Of a DNA stretch of 64,000 nucleotides, positions 51,286 to 61,388 are shown one piece after another (the first letter of the stretch is position 1; each line of letters starts with the position of its first letter). Position numbers and translations under genes: made by a program. The notes under the pieces were generated by a model that had not been told where the DNA came from, did no database searches, and saw only the letters and a list, made by a program, of their open reading frames with translations. This DNA is from an uncultured Chloroflexia bacterium (lineage in GTDB: Bacteria > Chloroflexota > Limnocylindria > QHBO01), in assembly GCA_963770875.1 (NCBI GenBank), contig CAVYRE010000006.1, positions 393,619 through 457,618 of the forward strand, in the 5' to 3' direction.

Positions 51286-52224
51286 ATGTCGAGCCCCTCC
51301 GCCGTCTCCGCCAAGCTCATCTTCCCGACCAAAGAGATCGTCGAGGAGTACTACCTCCCGATCATCTACACCGCCTGCCGGACCTGCTATTCCGAGCAGC
51401 TCCCCGACCAGATCTGGGACAAGGCGGTGTCGCGCGGGGTGGCCGACGAGAAGCAGCAGGCCCTCGTCCGCAAGGTGATGGAGTCGGGCCACGGCTCGAC
51501 CATCGAGCACGTCAACTTCACCTTCGCCATTTCGGGCGTGACCCGGACGCTCTCCCATCAGCTGGTGCGCCATCGGGCCGGGACCGCCTTCGACCAGCAG
51601 TCGCAGCGCTACGTCAGCTTCAAGAAGCGGGACAACTACACGGTCCCCGACTCGATCGCCAACGGCGACCTGCCCGATGACCTCGCCGGCCGCTTCCAGG
51701 CCGCGGTCGACGCCAACATGGACCTCTACGGGCAGCTGCTCCAGGCCGAGGTGCCGGCCGAGGACGCGCGCTTCATCTTCCCCAACGCGGTCCAGACCAA
51801 CCTGATCATGACGGTGAACCTGCGACAGCTGATCCACATGAGCGGGCTGCGCCTCTGCACCATGGCCCAGTGGGAGATCCGCCAGCTCTTCAAGCAGATC
51901 CGCCACGAGATCTTCCGGGTCAGCCCGTTCTTCGGGTCGTTCCTGGCCCCCAAGTGCGTGCCGCTCGGCTATTGCGACGAGATGGGCAACCGCGATGAGC
52001 ATTGCCGCATCCGACCGCACCGCGACACGGTGATGGCCGTCTGGGAGGCCTACCGGGGCGGCGCCCTGGCCGAGACCGATGGACCGGTCGTGCCCGAGAC
52101 CTCTCCCTTCCGCCCTCGTCCGCGGCGCGTGCCGGTTGACGGCGGCGAGCTGGAGGCGATGCCGATCGCGATCGAGGCGCCCGAGGCCGCGGTGGGGCAG
52201 GCTGCGGAGGCAGACCGCTTCTAG
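51286..52224 (+). CDS. thyX: FAD-dependent thymidylate synthase ThyX, with a ~60-aa C-terminal extension.
   Basis: ThyX signature 'SHQLVRHRAGTAFDQQSQRY' (RHRx7S); 312 aa. Confidence 0.9.
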   Translation: MSSPSAVSAKLIFPTKEIVEEYYLPIIYTACRTCYSEQLPDQIWDKAVSRGVADEKQQALVRKVMESGHGSTIEHVNFTFAISGVTRTLSHQLVRHRAGTAFDQQSQRYVSFKKRDNYTVPDSIANGDLPDDLAGRFQAAVDANMDLYGQLLQAEVPAEDARFIFPNAVQTNLIMTVNLRQLIHMSGLRLCTMAQWEIRQLFKQIRHEIFRVSPFFGSFLAPKCVPLGYCDEMGNRDEHCRIRPHRDTVMAVWEAYRGGALAETDGPVVPETSPFRPRPRRVPVDGGELEAMPIAIEAPEAAVGQAAEADRF

Positions 52225-52556
52225 TTGTCGGTCGTAACCCCGTCGCCGAGTGCGAATCGGCGCAGCTCCTCGTCGCAGGCATCACGGAGTCTGGACGCCT
52301 GCGCGGCGAGGAACGGCGTCATCTTGGTCGAGTCGACGATCAGCAGCGTGTGCCCGCGCTCGTTGCGGTCGAGGACGATGCGATCCTCACCGTGGTACGA
52401 GATCGACCAGTTGGCCTGCAGCTGCACCAGCGCGGCGAGCAGCACCTTTTCGGGGAAGTACCAGTCAAGGTAGGCGGCGTTCAGAGCCGTCACCACGTCG
52501 CGCAGCTGGTGGGTCTGGTTCCGCCGGACCCGTGCGATGAACTCGACCTCCCTCAC
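52221..52556 (-). CDS. Hypothetical protein (111 aa), convergent with and overlapping thyX by 4 nt.
   Basis: Non-repetitive sequence 'MREVEFIARVRRNQTHQLRDVVTALNAAYLDWYFPEK...'; no family recognised. Confidence 0.45.
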   Translation of the reverse strand: MREVEFIARVRRNQTHQLRDVVTALNAAYLDWYFPEKVLLAALVQLQANWSISYHGEDRIVLDRNERGHTLLIVDSTKMTPFLAAQASRLRDACDEELRRFALGDGVTTDN

Positions 52557-52676
52557 GCCCGCGAACGGATCGCCAACCCGGGCGATCTGCGGCGGGGAGG
52601 GTACCGATTTGGGAGAGCGGGGACAGCTCGGGATCGACGATCGCCCCAGTGTCGGTCATCGCGGGGGATTCTAGGC

Positions 52677-53021
52677 CTACCCGATGCGGGCTCCAAGCGG
52701 CGCCGCCGGGTCCGGCTCGAGCAGCCAGACCTCGGCGGCATCCTCTCCCTCGCCCATCGCGCCGAGGACGAGCACCTCGCTCGAGAGGCCGGCAATCCGT
52801 CGCGGCGGGAAGTTGATCACGGCCACGACCTGGCGTCCGACCAGCGCGGCGGGATCGGGATAGGTCGCCGTCAGCTGTGCCGAGCTGACCCGCTCGCCGA
52901 TCTGCGGGCCGAAGTCGATCCGCAGCCGGTAGGACGGCTTGCGCGCCTCGGGGAAAGGGAGCGCCTCGACGATGCGGCCGACCCGCATGTCGACCTTGGC
53001 GAACTCCTCGAACTCGATCAT
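52677..53021 (-). CDS. csaA: tRNA-binding (EMAP/Myf-like, CsaA-type) domain protein.
   Basis: 114 aa from internal ATG. 'FAKVDMRVGRIVEALPFPEARKPSYRLRIDFG' matches the CsaA/Trbp111 OB-fold. Confidence 0.8.
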   Translation of the reverse strand: MIEFEEFAKVDMRVGRIVEALPFPEARKPSYRLRIDFGPQIGERVSSAQLTATYPDPAALVGRQVVAVINFPPRRIAGLSSEVLVLGAMGEGEDAAEVWLLEPDPAAPLGARIG

Positions 53022-53179
53022 CCGCGCACGGTAGCAGCGGTCCTCGGACCGCGCAGGAGCGCGCCCGCCCACTCGCTCGATGGCAGTACTGGGTCCCGGT
53101 GTCGGTGATCCGGTGCAACAGGCCTTCGTAGTACTGTCGTGCCCCTTCCGCGCCCCCGCGTCGGCAGCCAACATGCCAT

Positions 53180-53773
53180 ATGACCTTCTGGAACTGGCGG
53201 AGCGCATCTACCGGGGGGGCGTCAGCCGGCGCCACCGCGGTCGCTGCCGTGCCGACCGCGAACGACCTTGCGCCGATCGAGCTCTACACCGCCGATGCGC
53301 GGATCGTGGGCTGGATCTCCGCCAACGGCCAGCGCGTCACCGACCTGCTCAACGGCAACGACGAGCTGCACCTGTGGCACCCGAGCCCCGGGCCGATCAG
53401 CGAGCCGGTCGATCACAACAGCGGCGAGCCGATCACCGTCGCCGACGACCCCGGCGAGTGGCAGTCGGTCATGACCGAGCAGCTGGTCCTGGCGATGCCG
53501 CCGGAGTGGCGCGCCGCAAGGCAGCTCCGCCTCCACCGCAAATTGCGCCGCGTGGCGCTCACCGCGGGGCCCTTCAGCGTCACCGGCAACCTGCACCTGG
53601 CACCGGGCGTCGAGGCGACCGACTACAGCGTGATCCGCAACCGTCGCTTCCTGCCGCTGACCGATGCATACCTCCTGCATAACGGCGAGCCGCCGTTCGA
53701 GCACGTTGTCAGCGTGGTGATCGTCAACACGGCGCACATCACCCAGCTCGTTCCGCTGGTGACCCTGGCCTAG
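53180..53773 (+). CDS. Hypothetical protein (197 aa; start uncertain).
   Basis: Coherent C-terminal two-thirds ('[40 protein letters not shown]'); no family recognised. Confidence 0.4.
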   Translation: MTFWNWRSASTGGASAGATAVAAVPTANDLAPIELYTADARIVGWISANGQRVTDLLNGNDELHLWHPSPGPISEPVDHNSGEPITVADDPGEWQSVMTEQLVLAMPPEWRAARQLRLHRKLRRVALTAGPFSVTGNLHLAPGVEATDYSVIRNRRFLPLTDAYLLHNGEPPFEHVVSVVIVNTAHITQLVPLVTLA

Positions 53774-53814
53774 CCCTTCCCCCGCGGGCCGTGGCGACGA
53801 TAATCGCCGCACCG

Positions 53815-55414
53815 ATGGCCGTCCTGCGCTCCGCCCTGGATCCCGCCTCGCCCTCCTTCGCCGCCAACGCGGCCGCCATGCGCGCCCTCGTGGACGAGCT
53901 GCGTGAGCGCACCCGCGTGGTGAGCGAGCGCGGCGCCGGCGGCGACGAGCGCTCGATCGCGCGCCACCGCGAGCGCGGCAAGCTGCCGGTCCGCGAGCGG
54001 ATCGATCGGCTGATCGACCCGGGCAGCGCCTTCCTGGAGCTCTCCGCCCTGGCGGCCGATGGGCTCTATGACGGCGAGGCACCGAGTGCCGGGATGGTGA
54101 CCGGCATCGGCCTGGTGGAGGGAGTCGAGTGCGTCATCGTCGCCAACGACGCGACGGTGAAGGGCGGCACCTACTTCCCGATCACCGTCAAGAAGCACCT
54201 CCGCGCCCAGGAGATCGCCCTCGAGAACCGGCTGCCCTGCCTCTACCTGGTCGATTCGGGCGGGGCATACCTGCCGCTGCAGGACGAGGTCTTCCCCGAT
54301 CGCGAGCACTTCGGGCGGATCTTCTACAACCAGGCGCAGCTCTCGGCGCGCGGCATCCCGCAGATCGCGCTGGTGATGGGCAGCTCCACTGCGGGCGGGG
54401 CGTACGTCCCGGCCATGTCCGACGAGACGGTCATCGTCAAGGGCACCGGCACCATCTTCCTGGGCGGACCGCCGCTCGTGAAGGCGGCGACCGGGGAGGA
54501 GGTGAGCGCCGAGGACCTCGGCGGTGCCGAGGTGCACACCACGGTGAGCGGCGTGGCCGACCACTTCGCGCTGGACGACGAGCATGCCCTGGCGATCGGG
54601 CGCGAGATCGTGCGCAGCCTCGCCTGGCGCAAGCCGGACGCACCATGGGAGCGGAGCGCGCCGGCGGCGCCATCGGTCGATCCGGAGGAGCTGTACGGTG
54701 TCGTCCCGACCGATTCGCGCTTCACCTACGACGTGCGCGAGGTGATCGCGCGGCTGGTCGACGGGAGCGAGTTCCACGAGTTCAAGGAGCGCTACGGCGA
54801 GACGCTCGTCACGGGTTTCGCGCGGATCGAGGGCTACCCGGTGGGCATCCTGGCCAACAACGGGATCCTGTTCAGCGCATCGGCGCTGAAGGGGGCGCAC
54901 TTCATCGAGCTGGCCTCGCAGCGGCGCATCCCGCTCGTCTTCCTCCAGAACATCACCGGCTTCATGGTCGGCCGCGAGTACGAGGCGGGCGGCATCGCCA
55001 AGGACGGCGCGAAGCTGGTCAACGCCGTGGCCACGACCGCGGTGCCGAAGTTCACGGTGATCATCGGCGGCTCGCTTCGGCGCCGGGAACTACGGGATGG
55101 CCGGGCGCGCCTACTCGCCGCGCCAGCTGTGGATGTGGCCGAACGCCCGGATCAGCGTGATGGGCGGGGCGCAGGCGGCCCGCGTCCTCTCAACGGTGAG
55201 TGGCGACTTCCCCTCGGACGAGGAGCGCGACGCCTTCGAGGCGCGGATCCTGGCCGAGTACGACCGCCAGGGATCGCCCTACTACTCCACCGCGCGGCTG
55301 TGGGATGACGGCGTGATCGACCCGATGGACACGCGCCGGGTGCTGGCGATGGGGATCAGCGCGGCGCTGAACGCGGAGATCGGCGAGACGCGCTTCGGCG
55401 TCTTCCGGATGTAG
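53815..55414 (+). CDS. Methylcrotonyl-CoA carboxylase beta subunit (acyl-CoA carboxyltransferase), with an apparent +1 frameshift near nt 55075.
   Basis: '[31 protein letters not shown]' is the typical MCC-beta start. '[24 protein letters not shown]', 'FTVIIGGS' followed out of frame by '[30 protein letters not shown]' (ORF 55097..55414). Confidence 0.9.
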
Positions 55415-55434
55415 GTGGGCGAGCGGCGTGCCGA

Positions 55435-56034
55435 TCACCTCAGGACCTCGAATACGTCCACCACGAACGTCCTCGCGGCAGAGCCGAACCTGTTCGCCCG
55501 GCGTATACACGCCCCACGGCAATCCAGTCCGGCTCTGTTTGAACGGAAACTTCCGATCCGGCTATCAGTCTCCGTACCGAGATGTGGAACGCCGAGATCG
55601 GCTTGTGGAAGGTGAGCTGAGGTTGCCAAATGCCCACGCCTGCGCACGCTTCCGGACGGCGAGGTGCCCATCAAAGACCACCAGCGAGAGGAGGATCCCC
55701 TGGTTGGTCTCCCCGTGCGTGGTGACGCGAAGCGTTGGGTCGATCGCGCAGATTGCCCACCAAGCCATCCGAACTTGAGCGAATTGGGATCACCGGCGAT
55801 CGGCTCCCAGCAGGCGCTGTAGGGGTCCACCGCCCGACCTGAGTCGGCACCTGGACATTCGGTCACCAGATCGCCAGGGTCGTACACCAGGAAGCGCCGC
55901 ACGACGCCCTCGCCGGGTTCCAGGCGATCGCACGAAGTCCGGCGCCGCTGTCTCGGTTGGAGGGCTGGAAGTCGGCGTGATCAGCCCGCACCCGGCAAGC
56001 CCGATCAGCGCCGCGACGATGACGATCGAGCGCA
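55435..56034 (-). pseudogene. Decayed putative lipoprotein gene with several frame disruptions, in a locally lower-GC (~58-60%) stretch.
   Basis: Lipoprotein signal 'MRSIVIVAALIGLAGCGLITPTSSPPTETAAPDFV' (1-nt overlap with the upstream VOC stop). Protein-like fragments then follow in three different frames ('FLVYDPGDLVTECPGADSGRAVDPYSACWEPIAGDPNSLKFGW', 'AICAIDPTLRVTTHGETNQGILLSLVVFDGHLAV'). Confidence 0.35.
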
Positions 56035-56799
56035 TCAGGCAGCCCTGATCACGTATTCGACGCCGCGAACCGTGGCCGAGCGGCCGGGAACCTGACCCAG
56101 CGCACCGAGCATCACGCGAAGCCGGCGCGAGGTCGCGGGCGACAAGGCGATGGACTGCGGGCCGATGGCCGCGACGGCGCCATCCTGTCCCATCTCGCCG
56201 ATGGCGGTGAATTCGAGGCCGACCTGCCGCGCGCACCGCGCGGCGAGGTCGAGCGGGTCGGCGACGCCCAGCTCGATGCCGAGGAGCCGCACGGGCGCTC
56301 CCACGGGTGGACGAACGCGCGTCGCGCAGCGAGGGCATCGGCGCCCCACTCCGAACCGGCGCGCAAGGTGCTTGATCAGGAAGGGTGGCTCGTCCGGCCC
56401 GAGCTGCGGCGGCGAGGCGGTCCACCACTCGACCTGCTCGCCGTCCGGCCGCTCGCGGCTGCCGTGGACGACCGGCCCGATCCCGCTCCCGTTGGCCTGG
56501 AGCCGCGCGACCGTGTTGCGGATCGCGTCGTCGACGAGGCCGTAGGTCGCGAAGCCGCCGCCGCGCTCCAGCGCCCGCACCGCGGCCGCCCCGATCGTCC
56601 AGCCGGTGGCTGCCGCACGGTCGTCCACGCCCATCAGCTCGAGGTAGGCATCGCCCAGGAAGGCGATCCGGTTGAAGGTCCCGAGCCCGGCGTGCCGCCC
56701 ACCGGCGGTGAAGGCCAGGCCAAGCGAATCGGTCAGCTCGGCGGCAGCCGCATCGGGATCGTCGACGGCAACCACCAGATGGTCGATTCCGCTGGCCAC
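56035..56799 (-). CDS. Two-domain VOC-family (glyoxalase-like) protein.
   Basis: 'MASGIDHLVVAVDDPDAAAAELTDSLGL...AFLGDAYLELMG' N-terminal VOC module; 254 aa. Confidence 0.65.
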   Translation of the reverse strand: MASGIDHLVVAVDDPDAAAAELTDSLGLAFTAGGRHAGLGTFNRIAFLGDAYLELMGVDDRAAATGWTIGAAAVRALERGGGFATYGLVDDAIRNTVARLQANGSGIGPVVHGSRERPDGEQVEWWTASPPQLGPDEPPFLIKHLARRFGVGRRCPRCATRVRPPVGAPVRLLGIELGVADPLDLAARCARQVGLEFTAIGEMGQDGAVAAIGPQSIALSPATSRRLRVMLGALGQVPGRSATVRGVEYVIRAA

Positions 56800-56912
56800 G
56801 CCCGCATCCTACCGCCCGCCCCGGTGGTAGGCTCCCGAGCATGGTCCTGGAACGTCCCGCGCCTGGCTCGCACGACCGCTCGACGCCGAGCGGCACCCTC
56901 GAGGAGAGCTCG

Positions 56913-57647
56913 ATGGCGATCTTCGAGGCGATGCTCGCCGCCCGCGACGCGGAGCAGAGCGGCGAGCCGGGACGGACGGCGCTCGACAACTTCTATCGGG
57001 TGCTGATGGACGGGACGCTGCTCCTTCCCGTCCCGCCCGAGCACGGCGACGAGGCGAAGTCCGCCCTCGAGGCGGCGGTCAACGACGACGAGGAGGTCGA
57101 GGTGAGCGTGCTGCTCGCGGCCGACGCCGACGGGAAGCCGACGAGCGTCTGCTTCGCCTCGCTGGCCGCCCTCTCGGCCTGGTCGCCGCGCGGCACCGCC
57201 AGCCTGCCGCTTCCCGCGCGGATCGCCATCGGCAACATGGCCGCGGCCGGTGTCCCGGCGATCATGGATCCGGCCGGGCCGATCCCCTATCGCTTCGAGC
57301 CCGACGAGCTCGCCTCCCTGGCCGCCGGCCGCCTGCCAGGCAGCGATGAGCCGCTCGCGCCGCCATCGGTCAGCCGCTCGATCCGCCTGCGGTTGGCCGG
57401 CCGCGACGCGATCGCGCTCGAGCCACCCCTGCGCGATGCCCTCCGCCAGACCGATGTCGAAGCCGCGTGGCTCGTCGAGTCGGAGAGCGACGGCTCGCCA
57501 CGGCTGATGCTCGGCCTGTTGGGTGGCGAGGGCGCATCGGCGATCGGTCGACGTGCCGGACGGCACCGACGTGGTCTGGCTCGAGGAGCCGCTGCTCGCA
57601 TCGGTCCGGGCCGTGAGTGATCCGTTCTACCGGAAGGGACAGCGATG
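56913..57647 (+). CDS. SseB-family protein, with an apparent frameshift near nt 57545.
   Basis: 'MAIFEAMLAARDAEQSGEPGRTALDNFYRVLMDGTLLLPVP' (SseB_N-like). The C-terminus reads 'IVDVPDGTDVVWLEEPLLASVRAVSDPFYRKGQR' in another frame and ends in an ATGA overlap with the next gene. Confidence 0.55.
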
Positions 57648-58433
57648 AGCGAGATGCTCCGGGTCGAGCGCACCGGGGCCGTGGCGCGCGTGATCCTGTC
57701 CCGCCCCGAGGTCCGCAACACCTTCAACGCCGAGCTGATCGACTCGCTGCGCAGGACATTCGAGCGGCTCCGCGACGAGCCCCCTGGCCAGCTGCACGCG
57801 GTCGTGCTGAGCGGCGAGGGGAAGGCCTTCTGCGCCGGGGCGGACATCGGGTGGCAGCTCAAGGCGCGGGACCTGCCCATGGATGAGAACGAGGCCGACG
57901 TCCGCCGGCTGCAGGAGATGCTCGCCACCATCGACAACTGCCCGGTCCCGGTCGTCGCCGCCGTCCACGGTGCGGCGCTGGGCGGCGGGATGGCCCTCTG
58001 CTGCGTGGCCGACATCACGCTTTCCACCGCCGACGCGATCTTCGGCTTCACCGAGGTCAAGCTGGGCCTGATCCCGGCCGCGATCAGCCCCTTCGTCCTG
58101 ACGCGGATCGGGGAGGGGCCGGCGCGGGCGCTCTTCCTGACGGGAGAGCGGTTCGGGGCGGAGCGGGCGCAGCGGATCGGGGTCGTGACCGAGGTGCTCG
58201 CCGACCAGGCGGCACTCGACGCGCGCGTCACGGCGATCCTCGACGAGATCGAGACCGCGGCACCGGAGGCGGTTCGCAACGCCAAGGTGATGATCCGCGG
58301 CCAGCGGACCATGTCCCGCGGCGACGCGCTCGACCGGACCAAGGAGTGGGCCGCGCGCCAGCGCGTCTCGCCCGAGGGACAGGAGGGGCTGAGCGCCTTC
58401 CTCGAGAAGCGCCCACCATCCTGGAGGGGGTAG
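57645..58433 (+). CDS. Enoyl-CoA hydratase/isomerase family (methylglutaconyl-CoA hydratase-like, leucine pathway).
   Basis: 262 aa, 'AVVLSGEGKAFCAGADI', 'VAAVHGAALGGGMALCCVADI', 'FGFTEVKLGLIP'. Confidence 0.9.
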   Translation: MSEMLRVERTGAVARVILSRPEVRNTFNAELIDSLRRTFERLRDEPPGQLHAVVLSGEGKAFCAGADIGWQLKARDLPMDENEADVRRLQEMLATIDNCPVPVVAAVHGAALGGGMALCCVADITLSTADAIFGFTEVKLGLIPAAISPFVLTRIGEGPARALFLTGERFGAERAQRIGVVTEVLADQAALDARVTAILDEIETAAPEAVRNAKVMIRGQRTMSRGDALDRTKEWAARQRVSPEGQEGLSAFLEKRPPSWRG

Positions 58434-58461
58434 CGACCCCGGGCTCTGCGACAATCGCGAC

Positions 58462-60461
58462 ATGGCCGATGAGACGCTCACCCCGCGCCAGGTTGCCGAG
58501 GAGCTGGGCGTCACGGTCCGCACGGTCCAGCGCTGGGTCGCGGAGGGCCGGCTGGCGGCGACGCGGGTCGGGGGACGGGTCCGCGTGTCGCGCTCGTCGC
58601 TGGCGAGCGTCACGGGGGCGCCGGAGCCGGCAACCCTTCGCCCCATCCGGGCGCTCCTCATCGCGAACCGCGGCGAGATCGTGCAGCGCATCGCCAGCAC
58701 GGCCCGGGCGCTCGGAATTCGAACGATCGGGGTTCACGCGCCGGACGACCGCCCGCCGGATGGTGTCGACCTGGCGCTTCCCATCGCCGGCTATCTCGAC
58801 CAGGATGCGATCCTCGACGCGGCCCGTCGCGCCGGCGCCGATGCGATCCACCCCGGCTATGGCTTTCTGGCCGAGAACGCGACCTTCGCGGCCGCCGTGG
58901 AACGGGCCGGCCTGACCTGGGTCGGGCCGCCGACCGCCGCCATCGCGGCGATGGGCGACAAGGCGGCGGCGCGTCGTACCGCGGCTGCGCACGGCGTCCC
59001 GGTGACGCCCGGCTACGACGGCGAGGCGCAGGACGACGCGAGCGCTCGCCGGGGAGGCGGTGCGGATCGGGCTGCCGGTCCTGATCAAGCCCTCGGCCGG
59101 TGGCGGCGGCAAGGGGATGCGCGTCGTGCACGAGGCGTTCCGCCTCCCCGATGAGCTGGCCGCGGCCCGCCGCGAGGCGGCCCGCGCGTTCGGCGACGAT
59201 CGGCTCATCCTCGAGCGGCTCCTGGTCGGCGCGCGTCACGTCGAGGTCCAGGTCCTGTTCGACCGGCACGGCCACGGCGTGCACCTCGGTGAGCGCGACT
59301 GCTCCGCGCAGCGACGCAACCAGAAGGTCGTCGAGGAGTCGCCGGCGCCATCAGTGTCGCCGGAGCTGCGGGCGCGGATGGGGCAGGCGGCCCTGGCGGC
59401 GGCGAGCGCGGTCGGCTACGCCAACGCCGGGACGGTCGAGTTCCTGCTCACCGATGCGGGCGACTTCTTCTTCGTGGAGATGAACACGCGCCTCCAGGTC
59501 GAGCATCCGGTGACCGAGGCGGTAACCGGCCGCGACCTCGTCGCCGACCAGCTGCGGATCGCCGCCGGCGAGCCGCTCGGCTTCGGGCAGGCGTCGGTGC
59601 GCTGGAGCGGGCACGCCATCGAGGCGCGCCTCTACGCAGAGGATCCCGATGCAGGCTTCCTGCCCGCCGCGGGTCGCGTCCTGCGCCTGCGCTGGCCCGA
59701 TGGCGTCCGGGTCGACACCGGCATTCGCGAGGGCGACACGGTCTCCGACCGATACGACCCGCTCCTCGCCAAGCTGATCGCTCACGGACGCACGCGGCAC
59801 GAGGCGCTCGCGAGCCTGCGCGCCGCGCTCGACGAGACGCTCGTCCTCGGTGTGCGCACCAACCTGCGCTTCCTGCGCTGGCTCCTCGACCAGCCGGCGA
59901 TGCGCGACGGCGAGGTCCGCACCGATACCCTTTCGCGCCTCACCCTGCCGCCCGCTCCGCAGCCCGACGCGGCGGCGTGGGGTGCTGCGGCCGGCGCGCT
60001 CCTCGCGGGTTGGCCCGATGACGCCTGGGGCGGCGGCTGGCGTGGCGCCGCTCCCGCAGCGGTGCGGATGCGATACGGGGAGGAGGAGCGCCGCGTCGAG
60101 GTGGGCCCAGCGAGTGCGGTGGCGGTGGCTCGTCGACGGGGGCGTGGCGCACGTCGACGTCGAGGGCCAGTCGCTCGAGCTGTCGCTCGCCGCGCCGCCG
60201 AGCGTCGAGGAGGCGGTTCGCCACGCCGGCGCCCACGCCGGTGGCACGGCCCTCCTGGTCGCCCCGATGCCGGGCAGGGTCATCGCCATCCGGGCGGCGG
60301 AGGGCGCGACGGTCGTCGCCCACCAGGCGATCGTGGTGGTCGAGGCGATGAAGATGGAGCACGCCGTCGTCACGCCGCTGGCCGGCACGCTGACCCGGGT
60401 CCTCGTGGCGGTGGGCCAGCAGGTCCAGCGCGGGGACCTCCTGGCGGAGGTATCGGCCTAA
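58462..60461 (+). CDS. Methylcrotonyl-/acyl-CoA carboxylase alpha subunit (biotin carboxylase plus biotinyl domain) carrying an in-frame N-terminal ~60-aa MerR/excisionase-type HTH. Apparent frameshifts near nt 59045 and 60120.
   Basis: HTH 'LTPRQVAEELGVTVRTVQRWVAEGRLAATRVGGRVRVSRSSL' then a Pro/Ala linker. BC N-domain 'IRALLIANRGEIVQRIA...IHPGYGFLAEN...MGDK'. ATP-grasp 'LPVLIKPSAGGGGKGMRVV', 'VEMNTRLQVEHPVTE' (ORF 59060..). Biotinyl 'VVVEAMKMEHAVV' (ORF 59850..60461). Confidence 0.85.
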
Positions 60462-60473
60462 CATGGCGACCCG

Positions 60474-61387
60474 ATGACCCGCCCAGAGGTCCGCATCTAC
60501 GAGGTCGGTCCGCGCGACGGCCTGCAGGCCGAGGCGACCGTGGTCCCGACCGATGCGAAGCTCAGTTTCCTGGGCCTCCTCGCTGACGCGGGGCTGCGGG
60601 AGATCGAGGCCACCTCGCTCGTCCGCCCCGACACGATCCCACAGCTGGCCGATGCCGACGAGCTGCTGGGCCGTCTCGAACGGCGACCGGGCGTGCGCTA
60701 CCCGGTCCTCGTCCCCAACGCGCGCGGCCTGGAGCGGGCGGTCGCGGCCGGGGTCGACGCCATCTGCCTGGTCACCGCCGCGACCGATTCGTACGTGCGC
60801 CACAACATCGGGATGAGCATCGACGAGTCGCTGGCCGCCTTCGCGCCGATCGCCGCCGAGGCGCGAAGCCGAGGCTGGTGGATCCGCGCCTACGTCAGCA
60901 CCGCGTTCGGCTGCCCGTACGAGGGAGCCGTGAAGGAGGCGAGCGGTCGTCCAGCGTCGCCGAGCGGCTGGTGCGGCTGGGCGTCGACGAGCTGTCGATC
61001 TCCGACACGCTCGGCGTCGCGACGCCGACCGACGTGCGCCGCGTCGTCGGGGCACTGACGGCAGCAGGAATCGGAGTGGACCTGCTCGCCCTCCACCTTC
61101 ACGACACGCGCGGGACGGCGCTGGCGAACGTGATGGCCGCGCTGGAGCTGGGCGTCCGCTGCTTCGATGCCTCGACCGGGGGCACCGGCGGCTCGCCCTA
61201 CGCGCCCGGCTCAGCCGGCAACCTCGCGACCGAGGACCTCGTCTACCTGCTCGACCGGGAGGGAGTCCGGACCGGCGTCGACCTCGACGGAATCCTGGTG
61301 GCAGGCGCATTTATCGCCGCGCAGCTCGGCCGAGACGTGTCGAGCAAGGTGGGGCGCGCCGGCGGCTGGCCGCGCGGGGCGGGGTAG
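60474..61387 (+). CDS. Hydroxymethylglutaryl-CoA lyase, with apparent frameshift(s) near nt 60925-60950.
   Basis: 'RIYEVGPRDGLQAEA' (HMGL signature start), 'STAFGCPYEG' in ORF 60474..61058. 'ISDTLGVATP', 'LHLHDTRGTALANVMAALELG', 'FDASTGGTGGSPYAPG' in ORF 60878..61387. Confidence 0.85.
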
Positions 61388-61388
61388 G

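Noticed and set aside
58433-58462. Direct repeat 'gcgac-aat-cgcgac' just upstream of the HTH-carboxylase gene as a possible operator.
   Set aside because: It is too short and too GC-generic to call; it is mentioned only in connection with the HTH-fusion finding.
59940-61310. 456-aa reverse ORF and similar long antisense ORFs (57287..58342, 57627..58700, 53770..54900, 50818..52020, 49514..50545, 43968..46202 N-terminal part, 45975..47309 N-terminal part, 61910..63379).
   Set aside because: All overlap strongly supported genes on the other strand or frame and have low-complexity basic composition. They are high-GC shadow ORFs.
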